A DNA stretch of 64,000 nt from Escherichia coli (GTDB lineage: Bacteria; Pseudomonadota; Gammaproteobacteria; Enterobacterales; Enterobacteriaceae). How positions within the stretch are numbered: position 1 is the stretch's first letter; the number at the start of each line of letters is the position of its first letter. Both the position numbers and the translations under genes were made by a program. Positions 1 to 12,352 of this stretch are shown here, piece by piece. The notes under the pieces are model-generated. The model was given only the letters and a program-made list of their open reading frames with translations. It searched no databases and had not been told where the DNA came from. Location of the stretch: assembly GCF_044324785.1 (NCBI RefSeq), contig NZ_CP172127.1; one strand, 5' to 3'.

Positions 1-554
1 CCAGCGGGCGGACCGATGGCAATGCTGGGGTGATATTCGACACTGGCCTGGAGAACGATGGTCAGATCAGCGCCAAAATCAACGGGCGGATTTTCCCGCT
101 TAACGGCAAGCGTAACTATCTCCCGCTCTCTCCCTATGGAAGATATGAGGTGGAGTTACAGAACAGCAAAAACTCACTCGACAGTTACGATATCGTCAGC
201 GGTCGCAAAAGCCATCTGACTCTCTATCCAGGCAATGTCGCTGTCATTGAGCCAGAAGTGAAGCAGATGGTTACCGTCTCCGGTCGTATCCGTGCGGAAG
301 ACGGCACACTGCTGGCTAACGCACGGATTAACAACCATATCGGCCGAACCCGAACCGATGAAAACGGCGAGTTTGTCATGGACGTGGATAAGAAATACCC
401 CACTATCGATTTTCGCTACAGTGGCAATAAAACCTGCGAAGTGGCACTGGAACTCAACCAGGCGCGCGGTGCCGTCTGGGTCGGTGATGTGGTCTGCAGC
501 GGCCTCTCATCGTGGGCGGCGGTGACGCAGACAGGAGAAGAGAATGAGAGTTAA
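1..554 (+). CDS. ecpC: Fimbrial usher, C-terminal portion (partial; gene runs off the window start)
   Basis: Open frame from window edge to a stop at 554, overlapping the next gene start by 11 bp; sits directly upstream of a 547-aa and a 236-aa signal-peptide ORF, the gene order I recall for the E. coli common pilus cluster. Assignment is by position and neighbours only. Confidence 0.65.
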   Translation, partial: SGRTDGNAGVIFDTGLENDGQISAKINGRIFPLNGKRNYLPLSPYGRYEVELQNSKNSLDSYDIVSGRKSHLTLYPGNVAVIEPEVKQMVTVSGRIRAEDGTLLANARINNHIGRTRTDENGEFVMDVDKKYPTIDFRYSGNKTCEVALELNQARGAVWVGDVVCSGLSSWAAVTQTGEENES

Positions 555-2187
555 CCTACTGATAGCGATGATAATCGTTGCGCTAATCTGGCCTGCAACC
601 GCGCTCAGAGCGGCAGTGAGCAAAACAACCTGGGCGGATGCACCGGCACGCGAGTTTGTGTTTGTCGAAAACAACTCAGACGACAACTTTTTCGTCACTC
701 CTGGCGGGGCGCTGGATCCGCGCCTGACCGGTGCCAACCGCTGGACCGGTTTAAAATACAATGGTTCAGGAACCATCTATCAGCAAAGTCTCGGCTACAT
801 TGATAACGGTTACAACACCGGCCTTTATACCAACTGGAAGTTTGATATGTGGCTGGAAAATTCACCAGTTTCATCTCCTTTAACTGGCTTGCGCTGCATC
901 AACTGGTACGCAGGGTGTAATATGACCACCAGTCTTATCCTGCCGCAAACCACCGACGCCAGTGGATTTTATGGCGCGACGGTGACCAGCGGCGGCGCGA
1001 AGTGGATGCACGGCATGTTGTCAGACGCGTTTTACCAGTATCTGCAACAAATGCCCGTCGGCAGCAGCTTTACAATGACCATCAATGCCTGCCAGACCTC
1101 TGTGAACTATGACGCCAGCAGCGGCGCACGCTGTAAGGATCAGGCCTCCGGCAACTGGTATGTTCGCAACGTCACCCATACGAAAGCAGCAAATCTGCGG
1201 TTGATAAATACCCACTCGCTGGCGGAAGTATTTATCAACAGCGACGGAGTACCGACTCTGGGCGAAGGGAACGCCGACTGCCGGACGCAAACCATCGGCA
1301 GCCGTTCAGGATTAAGTTGTAAGATGGTTAACTATACCCTGCAAACAAACGGACTCAGCAACACCTCAATCCATATATTCCCGGCGATCGCCAACTCGTC
1401 GTTAGCCTCGGCCGTCGGGGCGTACGATATGCAGTTCAGTCTGAATGGCAGTTCATGGAAACCGGTGAGCAATACCGCCTATTACTACACCTTCAACGAG
1501 ATGAAGAGCGCAGACTCGATCTATGTTTTCTTCTCGAGCAACTTCTTTAAGCAGATGGTGAACCTCGGGATCAGCGATATCAACACCAAAGATCTATTCA
1601 ACTTTCGCTTTCAGAACACCACATCACCGGAGTCTGGCTGGTATGAATTTTCTACCTCCAACACGCTGATTATCAAACCCCGTGATTTCAGCATCAGTAT
1701 TATCTCCGATGAATATACTCAGACACCGTCGCGGGAGGGATATGTCGGCAGCGGCGAGTCGGCACTCGATTTCGGCTATATCGTAACCACCAGCGGTAAA
1801 ACAGCTGCCGACGAAGTGCTGATCAAGGTGACCGGACCAGCGCAGGTGATTGGCGGACGCTCCTATTGTGTCTTCAGCTCCGATGACGGTAAGGCGAAAG
1901 TACCGTTCCCGGCGACGCTTTCCTTTATTACCCGCAACGGAGCTACAAAAACCTACGATGCCGGGTGCGATGATAGCTGGCGGGATATGACCGATGCGCT
2001 GTGGCTGACCACACCGTGGACTGATATCTCTGGCGAAGTGGGGCAGATGGATAAGACCACAGTCAAATTTTCGATTCCAATGGATAACGCCATTTCGCTG
2101 CGTACGGTAGATGATAACGGCTGGTTTGGCGAAGTCAGCGCTTCAGGAGAAATTCATGTTCAGGCGACGTGGCGTAACATTAACTAA
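544..2187 (+). CDS. ecpD: E. coli common pilus tip/adhesin subunit EcpD (547 aa)
   Basis: ATG at 544 preceded by AGGAG; N-terminal signal peptide [23 protein letters not shown]; length and neighbourhood match EcpD as I remember it. Confidence 0.8.
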   Translation: MRVNLLIAMIIVALIWPATALRAAVSKTTWADAPAREFVFVENNSDDNFFVTPGGALDPRLTGANRWTGLKYNGSGTIYQQSLGYIDNGYNTGLYTNWKFDMWLENSPVSSPLTGLRCINWYAGCNMTTSLILPQTTDASGFYGATVTSGGAKWMHGMLSDAFYQYLQQMPVGSSFTMTINACQTSVNYDASSGARCKDQASGNWYVRNVTHTKAANLRLINTHSLAEVFINSDGVPTLGEGNADCRTQTIGSRSGLSCKMVNYTLQTNGLSNTSIHIFPAIANSSLASAVGAYDMQFSLNGSSWKPVSNTAYYYTFNEMKSADSIYVFFSSNFFKQMVNLGISDINTKDLFNFRFQNTTSPESGWYEFSTSNTLIIKPRDFSISIISDEYTQTPSREGYVGSGESALDFGYIVTTSGKTAADEVLIKVTGPAQVIGGRSYCVFSSDDGKAKVPFPATLSFITRNGATKTYDAGCDDSWRDMTDALWLTTPWTDISGEVGQMDKTTVKFSIPMDNAISLRTVDDNGWFGEVSASGEIHVQATWRNIN

Positions 2188-2866
2188 GGCCCTGCTGACA
2201 GCGGTCTGTATGCTGGCGGCACCTTTGACACAGGCGATTTCGGTCGGCAATCTGACATTTTCGCTGCCGTCCGAGACTGACTTTGTCAGCAAACGTGTAG
2301 TGAATAACAACAAAAGCGCACGGATATACCGTATTGCCATCAGTGCTATCGATAGCCCGGGCAGCAGTGAATTGCGCACCCGACCGGTGGATGGTGAACT
2401 GCTTTTCGCCCCCCGCCAGCTGGCGTTGCAGGCTGGTGAGAGCGAGTATTTTAAATTTTACTATCATGGTCCACAGGATAACCGCGAGCGCTACTACCGG
2501 GTCTCATTTCGCGAGGTCCCCACTCGCAACCAGACAAGACGCAGCCCAACCGGCGGCGAGGTCAGCACGGAGCCGGTGGTGGTGATGGATACCATTCTGG
2601 TAGTACGACCTCGTCAGGTTCAGTTTAAATGGTCCTTCGACCAGGTGACAGGAACGGTAAGTAACACCGGCAACACGTGGTTTAAGCTACTGATTAAACC
2701 AGGATGTGATTCGACCGAAGAGGAAGGCGACGCCTGGTATCTACGTCCGGGAGACGTAGTTCATCAGCCTGAGTTACGTCAGCCGGGGAATCATTATCTG
2801 GTCTATAACGACAAATTCATTAAGATTAGCGATTCCTGTCCTGCTAAGCCCCCTTCGGCGGACTAA
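2156..2866 (+). CDS. ecpE: Ecp periplasmic chaperone EcpE (236 aa)
   Basis: ATG at 2156 preceded by AGGAG (2144-2148), in frame with the longer ORF that starts at 2111; signal peptide; last gene of the ecp cluster by position. Confidence 0.75.
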   Translation: MFRRRGVTLTKALLTAVCMLAAPLTQAISVGNLTFSLPSETDFVSKRVVNNNKSARIYRIAISAIDSPGSSELRTRPVDGELLFAPRQLALQAGESEYFKFYYHGPQDNRERYYRVSFREVPTRNQTRRSPTGGEVSTEPVVVMDTILVVRPRQVQFKWSFDQVTGTVSNTGNTWFKLLIKPGCDSTEEEGDAWYLRPGDVVHQPELRQPGNHYLVYNDKFIKISDSCPAKPPSAD

Positions 2867-3179
2867 GACTTATCCATCGGACGAGGGAAGAACTCCACCT
2901 CAGAGACTCAAATAATCGTTTAAATGATGTGGACGCGATCGTCAATGTCACCTGTAATGATGGGCTTTCTCATATGTACACCATAGTGTTCAGGAGACAC
3001 GGAAAGGTGCCAGGCAGCCTGCTAACGAGTGGTTTATTCACGAATTAGTACGTAAAATCGGTAACGGCTGGAAATCATTCAATACTTACACTATCGAAAG
3101 TTCCCCAGCCAACCGTGGTACGTTCTTACATACGATGTACCGCTGTTCTCTTTACGATTTATAGCTGTACTGGTGAATT

Positions 3180-3509
3180 ATGAGCAATCTGAATCCATGC
3201 ATGACGTGTGGTGCCTGTTGTGCATTTTTCCGCGTCTCTTTTTACTGGGCCGAAGCCGACGATGCTGGCGGTACCATTCCCGCCAGGCTCACTGAACAAA
3301 TATCCCCTTTTCACCGATGCATGAGCGGTACCAATCAGAAAAACCCCCGATGTATTGCCCTTGCAGGAACACCGGGCAAAAATGCCTGCTGCACGATATA
3401 TAAAAATCGATCGTCCACGTGCAGAGAATTCGCCATGTCTGGTGAGAACGGAGTCGTCAATGAGGCTTGCAATCGTGCAAGAGCTAAATACGGGCTGACA
3501 CCGTTATAA
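3180..3509 (+). CDS. ykgJ: YkgJ-family cysteine-cluster protein (109 aa)
   Basis: 109-aa ORF rich in Cys motifs ([10 protein letters not shown]...C); length and position beside yagU match ykgJ. Confidence 0.8.
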
Positions 3510-3757
3510 ATATGCAATAATTAATTGCACTGCCCCGCCAGCTATAATCGCGGGGCTTCGTTTTTCAGGGATCACAAAACCCGAAACTTCTTCCATCTGC
3601 CAGCAACAATGCCTCTTCCTTTATAGTGTTCTCCGGATCTACAGCATCCTGAAGTAGCGCGATGTACTCACTGGCTATCTGCATCAGAAAGTTAAAAACA
3701 ATGTTTTTAACCTATAAAAATGGCGCTGTATTTGCGCCATTTTTATCATTCAATGCA

Positions 3758-4372
3758 TTATCTGTTTGAGCCTAAAGGGATCTCAGGGTCTGGCTCATGA
3801 GTAATTCTGTTTCGTAAATCTCTGCGAATAATTTCAATGGACCAGAACCAGACTAAATGTCCAAAAATTTCAGAAACATTCTCATACCACGGGAGATCAA
3901 ACAGAGGTGGCGTCAGTCCCATGAGAGGGAATGAAATCATATGAACAAAAAGTTGGGCTAAAGCACCTGCCAGTAAGCCCTGCCAGAGTTTAATTTTTGG
4001 AAATACTTCAGCGACCACACAATAACCGACAGCAAACACTATCGAAAAGATAATGTGCGTAACACCAACCCAGTTAAAGACATGCCCGGCAAAGGTATAA
4101 ACAGCCGCATTGGGATCTGTCAGCCCCAGCCAGTCTCGAAGAAAAATATACGGAGGATTGAGAAAATTACGGGAGCAATCAATTTGCCCAGCAGCCCTGA
4201 TTAATGATTCCGGGCCACACGCTGCATTAAACATATCCACCGGGCTACGTGGCGGCAATGGAACTTCAGCCCCCCACTTCACAAATGCGGAAACAACGCC
4301 AGCAATCAGCCCAATGAATGCAGCAAGACCATAACGTCTGCGGTTCGGTGGAGTTTGTTCAAATATATTCAT
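3758..4372 (-). CDS. yagU: Inner-membrane protein YagU (DUF1440 family)
   Basis: 204-aa ORF with several hydrophobic segments; recognised as YagU by sequence recall and by position between ykgJ and paoA. Confidence 0.8.
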
Positions 4373-4777
4373 ATCTACCCTGCTTGTACCATTATGTTAT
4401 ACACCTCTTCAGGAGTATTCATAAAACAAGACAAATGTAAAGAACTGTATTGTTTTGTATAATGCAATGGTGACTAATCGCCAATTAATATAAGCATCAT
4501 CATTTCTCCATATTTTTATATTAAAAGTGACAACGATTTACAGGATGATGCTGAGCTGACAATCACAGGTTTCCTTATCGTTTTTTGCATCGCACAACTA
4601 AAGCAATAAACTAGCTCCCGTCATCGGCGAATATGAATTAATTAACCGGGCTCATAGCTGCATTCGCGTTTTAAGAATAATCCTCCTGCTCTCACCGACT
4701 ATGCTTAACGTTTAAAAAAGCATCAGCACTCTCGCAACGCACTCTTATTTTCCCCTTTAGAATACCGGAGGCCTGGT

Positions 4778-5467
4778 ATGAGCAACCAAGGCGAATACCC
4801 CGAAGATAATCGGGTTGGGAAGCACGAGCCGCACGATTTTAGTTTGACCCGGCGCGATCTGATTAAAGTGAGCGCCGCAACGGCGGCGACCGCCGTGGTT
4901 TATCCTCATTCTACACTTGCGGCAAGCGTTCCGGCAGCTACACCCGCGCCAGAGATAATGCCCCTGACACTGAAGGTGAACGGCAAAACCGAGCAGCTTG
5001 AGGTGGATACCCGAACCACGCTACTGGACGCTTTGCGTGAAAATCTGCATCTGATCGGTACCAAGAAAGGTTGCGATCACGGACAGTGCGGAGCCTGTAC
5101 CGTGCTGGTCAATGGTCGCAGGCTTAATGCCTGCCTGACGCTTGCAGTCATGCATCAGGGGGCCGAGATCACCACCATTGAAGGCCTGGGTTCACCAGAT
5201 AATCTTCACCCCATGCAGGCGGCCTTTATCAAGCATGATGGCTTCCAGTGCGGCTACTGCACCTCCGGGCAAATTTGCTCATCAGTAGCGGTGCTAAAAG
5301 AGATTCAGGACGGCATTCCCAGTCACGTCACGGTCGATTTGGTTTCCCCTCCAGAAAGAACGGCCGATGAGATCCGTGAACGTATGAGCGGCAACATCTG
5401 TCGCTGTGGTGCATACGCTAACATCCTTGCCGCCATTGAAGACGCTGCGGGGGAGATAAAATCATGA
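4778..5467 (+). CDS. paoA: Periplasmic aldehyde oxidoreductase, [2Fe-2S] subunit PaoA
   Basis: 229 aa; Tat-type signal ([17 protein letters not shown]); two ferredoxin-like cysteine clusters (C-x-HGQCGAC and QCGYCTSG...CRCGAY). Confidence 0.9.
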   Translation: MSNQGEYPEDNRVGKHEPHDFSLTRRDLIKVSAATAATAVVYPHSTLAASVPAATPAPEIMPLTLKVNGKTEQLEVDTRTTLLDALRENLHLIGTKKGCDHGQCGACTVLVNGRRLNACLTLAVMHQGAEITTIEGLGSPDNLHPMQAAFIKHDGFQCGYCTSGQICSSVAVLKEIQDGIPSHVTVDLVSPPERTADEIRERMSGNICRCGAYANILAAIEDAAGEIKS

Positions 5468-6420
5468 AGGCGTTTACCTATGAACGAGTGAACACCCCGG
5501 CCGAGGCGGCACTTAGCGCTCAGCGTGTACCCGGCGCAAAATTTATCGCTGGCGGGACCAATCTGCTGGACCTGATGAAGCTGGAAATTGAAACGCCAAC
5601 CCACCTTATCGATGTGAACGGGCTCGGGCTCGATAAGATTGAAGTGACCGACGCGGGTGGGCTGCGCATCGGCGCACTGGTACGGAACACCGACCTGGCG
5701 GCTCACGAGCGCGTGCGTCGTGATTATGCGGTACTCTCCCGCGCCTTGCTCGCGGGCGCGTCTGGTCAGTTACGTAATCAGGCAACCACCGCAGGTAATC
5801 TGCTCCAGCGCACGCGCTGCCCCTATTTTTACGACACCAATCAGCCCTGCAATAAGCGCCTGCCCGGGAGTGGCTGCGCGGCGCTTGAAGGCTTTAGCCG
5901 TCAGCACGCGGTGGTAGGCGTAAGCGAAGCCTGCATTGCCACCCATCCGAGCGATATGGCGGTCGCAATGCGGTTGCTGGATGCGGTGGTGGAAACCATC
6001 ACGCCGGAGGGAAAGACTCGCAGTATCACACTGGCTGATTTTTATCACCCACCGGGGAAAACGCCGCACATTGAAACCGCCCTGCTTCCCGGTGAGCTTA
6101 TCGTTGCGGTGACGTTACCTCCGCCGCTCGGCGGAAAACATATCTACCGTAAGGTGCGCGATCGCGCCTCCTACGCCTTTGCCCTGGTATCGGTCGCGGC
6201 GATTATTCAGCCTGACGGCAGCGGGCGCGTCGCGCTGGGCGGAGTAGCACATAAGCCCTGGCGCATTGAAGCTGCGGATGCTCAGCTATCCCTGGGGGCG
6301 CAGGCCGTATATGACGCGCTGTTCGCCAGCGCCCATCCCACCGCTGAAAACACCTTTAAACTCCTGTTGGCGAAGCGAACGCTTGCCTCCGTACTGGCTG
6401 AAGCGAGGGCACAGGCATGA
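5464..6420 (+). CDS. paoB: Aldehyde oxidoreductase FAD-binding subunit PaoB
   Basis: 318 aa; start overlaps the paoA stop by 4 bp (translational coupling); xanthine-dehydrogenase-family medium subunit by position and sequence recall. Confidence 0.9.
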   Translation: MKAFTYERVNTPAEAALSAQRVPGAKFIAGGTNLLDLMKLEIETPTHLIDVNGLGLDKIEVTDAGGLRIGALVRNTDLAAHERVRRDYAVLSRALLAGASGQLRNQATTAGNLLQRTRCPYFYDTNQPCNKRLPGSGCAALEGFSRQHAVVGVSEACIATHPSDMAVAMRLLDAVVETITPEGKTRSITLADFYHPPGKTPHIETALLPGELIVAVTLPPPLGGKHIYRKVRDRASYAFALVSVAAIIQPDGSGRVALGGVAHKPWRIEAADAQLSLGAQAVYDALFASAHPTAENTFKLLLAKRTLASVLAEARAQA

Positions 6421-8615
6421 AATTTGATAAACCCGCAGGGGAAAACCCGATCGATCAGCTGAAGGTTGTCGGTCGTCCCCATGACCGCATCGACGGACCG
6501 CTGAAAACTACCGGCACGGCACGCTACGCCTACGAATGGTTTGAAGAAGCTCCCAACGCCGCCTATGGCTATATCGTCGGTTCCGCCATTGCCAAAGGAC
6601 GCCTCACCGCCCTCGATACGGACGCCGCGCAAAAAGCGCCGGGCGTACTGGCTGTCATTACCGCCAGTAACGCCGGGGCACTCGGCAAAGGCGACAAAAA
6701 CACCGCCAGCCTGTTAGGCGGCCCCACTATTGAGCACTATCATCAGGCCATTGCGCTGGTAGTGGCCGAGACCTTCGAACAGGCGCGAGCGGCGGCCTCG
6801 CTGGTGCAGGCGCACTATCGCCGTAATAAAGGAGCTTACTCCCTGGCGGACGAGAAACAGGCCGTCAGTCAGCCGCCGGAAGACACGCCCGATAAAAATG
6901 TTGGTGACTTTGACGGGGCTTTCACCTCCGCTGCGGTGAAGATTGATGCTACCTACACGACCCCGGACCAGAGCCATATGGCGATGGAGCCGCATGCCTC
7001 GATGGCCGTCTGGGATGGAAATAAGCTTACCCTCTGGACCTCAAACCAGATGATTGACTGGTGCCGCACCGATCTGGCAAAAACGCTGAAAGTGCCTGTG
7101 GAGAATGTGCGTATTATCTCCCCGTATATCGGCGGAGGGTTTGGCGGCAAGCTGTTCCTGAGAAGCGATGCACTGCTGGCGGCCCTCGCCGCCCGAGCGG
7201 TGAAACGTCCGGTTAAAGTGATGCTCCCCCGTCCCACTATTCCCAATAACACCACGCACCGCCCCGCCACCCTTCAGCACTTGCGTATCGGTGCCGACCA
7301 GAGCGGGAAAATCACTGCTATCTCACATGAAAGCTGGTCCGGAAACCTGCCCGGTGGCACGCCGGAAACGGCGGTACAGCAAAGCGAATTTCTTTACGCA
7401 GGGGCGAATCGTCATACCGGCCTGCGGCTCGCCACGCTTGATTTGCCGGAAGGGAACGCCATGCGTGCGCCCGGCGAAGCCCCCGGTCTGATGGCGCTCG
7501 AAATCGCGATCGATGAACTGGCGGAAAAAGCGGGCATCGATCCCGTCGAGTTTCGCATCCTGAATGACACTCAGGTTGACCCCGCCGATCCGACGCGCCG
7601 CTTCTCTCGCCGTCAGCTTATCGAGTGCTTGCGCACCGGAGCGGATAAATTTGGCTGGAAGCAGCGCAACGCCACACCCGGACAGGTACGCGACGGGGAG
7701 TGGCTAGTCGGCCACGGTGTTGCGGCGGGCTTTCGCAATAATCTGCTGGAAAAATCGGGTGCGCGGGTTCACCTGGAGCAAAACGGCACCGTTACCGTGG
7801 AAACGGACATGACCGATATTGGCACTGGCAGCTACACCATTCTGGCCCAGACGGCAGCGGAAATGCTTGGCGTACCGCTGGAGCAGGTTGCGGTTCACCT
7901 CGGCGATTCCAGTTTCCCGGTTTCTGCGGGGTCTGGTGGACAATGGGGCGCGAATACCTCCACCTCCGGCGTTTACGCCGCCTGTGTGAAGCTTCGCGAA
8001 ATGATTGCCTCGGCAGTCGGGTTTGATCCTGAGCAGTCGCAGTTTGCCGACGGCAAGATTACCAACGGTACCCGAAGCGCCATGCTACATGAGGCCACCG
8101 CAGGCGGCAGACTGACAGCGGAAGAGAGCATTGAATTCGGAACACTGAGCAAGGAGTACCAGCAGTCGACCTTTGCCGGGCATTATGTGGAGGTCGGCGT
8201 GCATAGCGCGACGGGAGAAGTTCGGGTCCGGCGTATGCTCGCTGTGTGTGCTGCAGGACGCATCCTGAATCCGAAAACTGCACGCAGCCAGGTCATTGGC
8301 GCAATGACTATGGGCATGGGCGCGGCACTGATGGAGGAGCTGGCGGTAGATGACCGTTTGGGCTACTTCGTTAATCACGATATGGCGGGGTATGAGGTGC
8401 CGGTCCATGCGGATATCCCAAAACAGGAGGTGATTTTCCTGGATGATACCGACCCCATCTCCTCCCCGATGAAGGCCAAAGGTGTCGGTGAGCTGGGCCT
8501 GTGCGGCGTGAGCGCGGCTATCGCCAACGCGGTGTATAACGCCACCGGTATTCGGGTACGGGATTATCCCATCACTCTGGATAAGCTGCTCGATAAGCTG
8601 CCGGATGTGGTTTAA
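6417..8615 (+). CDS. paoC: Aldehyde oxidoreductase molybdenum-cofactor subunit PaoC
   Basis: 732 aa; overlaps the paoB stop by 4 bp; large-subunit xanthine dehydrogenase/aldehyde oxidase family by sequence recall and operon context. Confidence 0.9.
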   Translation: MKFDKPAGENPIDQLKVVGRPHDRIDGPLKTTGTARYAYEWFEEAPNAAYGYIVGSAIAKGRLTALDTDAAQKAPGVLAVITASNAGALGKGDKNTASLLGGPTIEHYHQAIALVVAETFEQARAAASLVQAHYRRNKGAYSLADEKQAVSQPPEDTPDKNVGDFDGAFTSAAVKIDATYTTPDQSHMAMEPHASMAVWDGNKLTLWTSNQMIDWCRTDLAKTLKVPVENVRIISPYIGGGFGGKLFLRSDALLAALAARAVKRPVKVMLPRPTIPNNTTHRPATLQHLRIGADQSGKITAISHESWSGNLPGGTPETAVQQSEFLYAGANRHTGLRLATLDLPEGNAMRAPGEAPGLMALEIAIDELAEKAGIDPVEFRILNDTQVDPADPTRRFSRRQLIECLRTGADKFGWKQRNATPGQVRDGEWLVGHGVAAGFRNNLLEKSGARVHLEQNGTVTVETDMTDIGTGSYTILAQTAAEMLGVPLEQVAVHLGDSSFPVSAGSGGQWGANTSTSGVYAACVKLREMIASAVGFDPEQSQFADGKITNGTRSAMLHEATAGGRLTAEESIEFGTLSKEYQQSTFAGHYVEVGVHSATGEVRVRRMLAVCAAGRILNPKTARSQVIGAMTMGMGAALMEELAVDDRLGYFVNHDMAGYEVPVHADIPKQEVIFLDDTDPISSPMKAKGVGELGLCGVSAAIANAVYNATGIRVRDYPITLDKLLDKLPDVV

Positions 8616-8624
8616 GGAGGAACA

Positions 8625-9581
8625 ATGTCATACCCACTTTTTGACAAAGACGAGCACTGGCATAAGCCAGAGCAGGCGTTTCTCACCGATGACCACCGGG
8701 CCATTCTGCGCTTCGCCGTAGAGGCGCTAATGTCCGGTAAAGGAGCGGTGCTGGTGACGCTGGTGGAAATACGCGGCGGCGCGGCGCGCCCGCTCGGTGC
8801 GCAGATGGTGGTGCGCGAAGATGGTCGTTACTGCGGTTTTGTCTCTGGCGGCTGCGTGGAGGCCGCTGCCGCTTTTGAAGCGCTGGAGATGATGGGCTCA
8901 GGCCGCGATCGCGAAATTCGCTATGGCGAAGGTTCGCCGTGGTTTGACATCGTTCTGCCCTGCGGCGGTGGGATCACGCTGACGCTCCATAAACTACGCT
9001 CGGCACAGCCTCTGCTCGCCGTGCTGAACCGCCTGGAACAGAGAAAACCGTCGGGTCTGCGCTACGATCCGCAAGCTCAATCGCTGGTGTGCCTGCCCAC
9101 GCAAACCCGGACGGGCTGGAATCTCAATGGCTTTGAGGTGGGGTTCAGGCCATGCGTCAGGCTGATGATTTACGGACGTTCTCTTGAGGCGCAGGCAACC
9201 GCGAGTCTTGCAGCAGCCACAGGCTATGACAGCCATATCTTCGATCTTTTTCCGGCCTCAGCCAGCGCTCAGATCGATACCGATACGGCGGTCATTTTGC
9301 TGTGCCATGATCTCAACCGGGAGCTGCCAGTGTTGCAGGCCGCGCGAGAAGCAAAACCCTTTTATCTCGGCGCATTGGGCAGCTATCGAACCCACACTTT
9401 ACGTCTGCAAAAGCTCCACGAGCTGGGATGGTCCAGGGAGGAGACAGCGCAAATCCGGGCACCCGTCGGGATATTCCCCAAAGCCCGGGATGCGCATACT
9501 CTGGCACTCTCCGTGCTGGCAGAAGTCGCCTCTGTACGTCTCCATCAGGAGGAGGATTCATGCCTGCCCCCGTCGTCCTGA
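8625..9581 (+). CDS. paoD: Molybdenum cofactor insertion chaperone PaoD (XdhC-like)
   Basis: 318 aa, 9 bp downstream of paoC; length and context match PaoD. Confidence 0.85.
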   Translation: MSYPLFDKDEHWHKPEQAFLTDDHRAILRFAVEALMSGKGAVLVTLVEIRGGAARPLGAQMVVREDGRYCGFVSGGCVEAAAAFEALEMMGSGRDREIRYGEGSPWFDIVLPCGGGITLTLHKLRSAQPLLAVLNRLEQRKPSGLRYDPQAQSLVCLPTQTRTGWNLNGFEVGFRPCVRLMIYGRSLEAQATASLAAATGYDSHIFDLFPASASAQIDTDTAVILLCHDLNRELPVLQAAREAKPFYLGALGSYRTHTLRLQKLHELGWSREETAQIRAPVGIFPKARDAHTLALSVLAEVASVRLHQEEDSCLPPSS

Positions 9582-9760
9582 TCCTTGCGGCCGGGCGTGG
9601 GAAGCGCTTTCTCGCCTCCGGGGGAAATACCCATAAATTAAGAGAAAAATCTGCAGTAGCCGTTTTAGAAAATCACCTAAATCGTTTAAAAGAGCGCCCA
9701 ACCCATAGTGGGCGCTTATCGCCTTGTGTAACTTATTCAGCAACGCGCGCCCTCGCCGGA

Positions 9761-10954
9761 CTAAAGCGCACCGGCCTTCTGGCGTGCGGTAACAAAGGTC
9801 AGTACGCCAGCGCAAAGGAGCAGCACGCTACTCATAGCAAACGTGCTCTGCCAGCCAAGGCGGTCAAATACGATGCCTCCTGCTGTTGATCCAAGGGCGA
9901 TGGCGAGCTGAATCACCGCGACCATGAGCCCGCCTCCGGCTTCGGCGTTGTCAGGCAACGTACGCGCAATCCATGTCCACCATCCGGTTGGCGCGGCGGT
10001 GGCCAGCATGCCCCAGAGTCCTAACAGCAGCGAGACCGTCCAGACGTGATGCCCGGTAAGCATCAGACCGATAGCAATGACGGCCATCAGTCCGGGTATG
10101 GCCATCAGCGTGGGGTAGAATTTTCTGTTGAGAAATGCCGAAACAACCAGCGTGCCAATAAAACCGGCCACGCCGATAATCAGCAAAATCAACGACAAGC
10201 CTAAGGAATTAACCCGTGTCACCGACTCCAGAAACGGGCGCACATAGGTGAATAGCGCAAACTGCCCCATGAAAAACAGGCCACAAGCTATCATGCCGAC
10301 CACAACCATGCGGCGGCTAAATAAGCGGAATACCGCGCCAAGTGACGTGTGGCTTTTATTCGCATCCATACTGGGCAGGCTGATGCACTGCCAGATAAAG
10401 GCGACAACCGCGATGGGCACCAGGCACAAGAAAGCGCCTCGCCATCCGACCGTAGCCCCCAGATAGCTTCCCAGCGGTGCGGCCACGACCGTCGCCAGCG
10501 CATTACCGGCGTTGAAAATTGCCAGCGCACGCGTGACCTGATGCTGCGGCACCAGACGAATCGCCGTTGCCGCTGACATCGACCAGAATCCGCCAATAGC
10601 CACACCAATCATCGCACGACCGACCATATACATCAGATAACTGGAAGCCAGCGCAATAATAAGCCCCGATACGGCCATCAGAACCGTCATCCCCAGCAGC
10701 AGGAACTTACGATTCATCTTTCCAGCTAGCGTTGAAAGCGTCAGGCTGGTCAGAACCGCCAGCGCGCCGGAGATAGCAATCCCCTGCCCTGCCAGCCCCT
10801 CCGTCACGCCTAAATCGCGGGTAATCGGCGTGAGCAGGCTGACGGGCATAAATTCAGAAGCAATCAGCACAAACACGCACAGGGTCATGGCAAAAATACC
10901 GCCCCAGTATGCGTGCTGATGATGAGGTGATGGTGTTTGGCTTAGTGTCGACAT
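9761..10954 (-). CDS. MFS-family transporter (12 predicted TM segments)
   Basis: 397-aa highly hydrophobic ORF with the repeated helix pattern typical of major facilitator superfamily transporters. Confidence 0.75.
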   Translation of the reverse strand: MSTLSQTPSPHHQHAYWGGIFAMTLCVFVLIASEFMPVSLLTPITRDLGVTEGLAGQGIAISGALAVLTSLTLSTLAGKMNRKFLLLGMTVLMAVSGLIIALASSYLMYMVGRAMIGVAIGGFWSMSAATAIRLVPQHQVTRALAIFNAGNALATVVAAPLGSYLGATVGWRGAFLCLVPIAVVAFIWQCISLPSMDANKSHTSLGAVFRLFSRRMVVVGMIACGLFFMGQFALFTYVRPFLESVTRVNSLGLSLILLIIGVAGFIGTLVVSAFLNRKFYPTLMAIPGLMAVIAIGLMLTGHHVWTVSLLLGLWGMLATAAPTGWWTWIARTLPDNAEAGGGLMVAVIQLAIALGSTAGGIVFDRLGWQSTFAMSSVLLLCAGVLTFVTARQKAGAL

Positions 10955-11029
10955 AGTGAAATTTCACAAAGATCAGGATAAAAGCCACCTGCCATAGACC
11001 GGTGGCTTTGCATCAATTCAGGAGAGGTT

Positions 11030-12187
11030 TTATTTCAGTTTGGTCTGGAAAAATTGCTCGAACTTCGCGAAAGGTATTTTTCCGGCCACGTTATCGTACA
11101 GGTCCACGTGATTTGCCCCTGTTACCACCACCAACTCTTTGTCTTTACTGCCAACCGCCTTGTAAGCATCTTCAGCAAAATAGCGTGAATGTGCTTTCTC
11201 ACCGGTCACAATCAGCGTCGGAATGGTGATTTCACTGGCGTAGCTCAACAGCGGCATATTCATAAATGACAGCGGCATCGTTGCCGTCCACGCCCCGGTA
11301 GAGTTAACGGAACGTTCGTGGAAGCCGCGCGGCATGCGATAGTAGTCAAAGAACTCTTTCAGTACCGGATGAGGATTTGCCGGCAGCGTTTCTGGCAGAA
11401 TACGCTCGCCCGCACTGACCTTGCCGTTGCTGTCGACATTAATATCATGACCACCGTGAGCGAACGTTCCGCTCTGCGCATCCTTCCAGCGCTGTTCATT
11501 CAGATATTGCAGAACAGCACGACGGTCGGCGGTAGAATAACGGTCTTTGCCATCCCCCACACCATGGCCCATCGCCCGGCTCATGTCATACATCACGCTG
11601 GTAGCTACCGCTTTAACGCGGGTATCCATCGCCGCGTCGTTCAGCGCCATGCCGCCCCAGCCACAAATACCGAGCAGCCCGATACGGTTGCGATCTACCT
11701 CTTTTTGCAGCCCTAAGAAATCCACCGCCGCGCTGAAATCTTCAGTGTTGATATCCGGTGAGGCGACGTTTCGCGGATAGCCGCCACTTTCCCCGGTGTA
11801 AGAAGGATCGAACGCCAGGGTAACAAACCCTCGTTCCGCCAGCGTCTGCGCATACAAGCCGCTGGATTGCTCTTTCACCGCGCCAAATGGCCCACTGACC
11901 GCAATCGCCGCCAGCTTGCGATCGCCACGGTCTTTAGGCAGGTAAAGATCGCCCACTAAGGTGATGCCATATCGGTTCGGGAACGAGACTTTACGGTGAT
12001 CGACTTTCTGGCTCTCGGCGAACGTTTTATCCCATTTATCTGTCATGGACACAGGGGCATTAGGATTGGTTGAATCAGCATAACTCATTGTCGTGACTCC
12101 ACTTAATGATGCGAAAAGCAGCATGGTCGGCATCGCGGTTTTTAGCGTTCGGGTGAAGGCTTTCATAAAAATCCCCATAAAAAACAA
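11030..12187 (-). CDS. Secreted alpha/beta hydrolase (dienelactone-hydrolase-like)
   Basis: Nucleophile-elbow-like motif GICGWGG; signal peptide MKAFTRTLKTAMPTMLLFASLSGVTTMSYA if translation starts at the internal ATG at 12166; upstream in-frame ATGs at 12178 and 12187 are alternatives. Confidence 0.7.
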   Translation of the reverse strand: MFFMGIFMKAFTRTLKTAMPTMLLFASLSGVTTMSYADSTNPNAPVSMTDKWDKTFAESQKVDHRKVSFPNRYGITLVGDLYLPKDRGDRKLAAIAVSGPFGAVKEQSSGLYAQTLAERGFVTLAFDPSYTGESGGYPRNVASPDINTEDFSAAVDFLGLQKEVDRNRIGLLGICGWGGMALNDAAMDTRVKAVATSVMYDMSRAMGHGVGDGKDRYSTADRRAVLQYLNEQRWKDAQSGTFAHGGHDINVDSNGKVSAGERILPETLPANPHPVLKEFFDYYRMPRGFHERSVNSTGAWTATMPLSFMNMPLLSYASEITIPTLIVTGEKAHSRYFAEDAYKAVGSKDKELVVVTGANHVDLYDNVAGKIPFAKFEQFFQTKLK

Positions 12188-12352
12188 CAGAGAGATACAG
12201 GTTTCCGACGGACAACGCTGCGGTGCTTTACTTTGATGGGGTCATTATAGTGAGCAGAATTAGTGCTGATTAGGGGGCGATTAATGCTAAGATTAATACC
12301 ATATTGTTATAAATTAATGCGGAGATTGCCGGCATGAAGGAGGGATGTTTCA

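Noticed and set aside
6282-8408. Several 70-116-aa ORFs antisense to or out of frame within paoB/paoC (for example 6282-6632, 6714-6995, 6953-7270, 8085-8408)
   Set aside because: They lie entirely inside well-supported long genes on the opposite strand or in alternate frames, have no RBS context, and are the usual by-product of GC-rich coding sequence.
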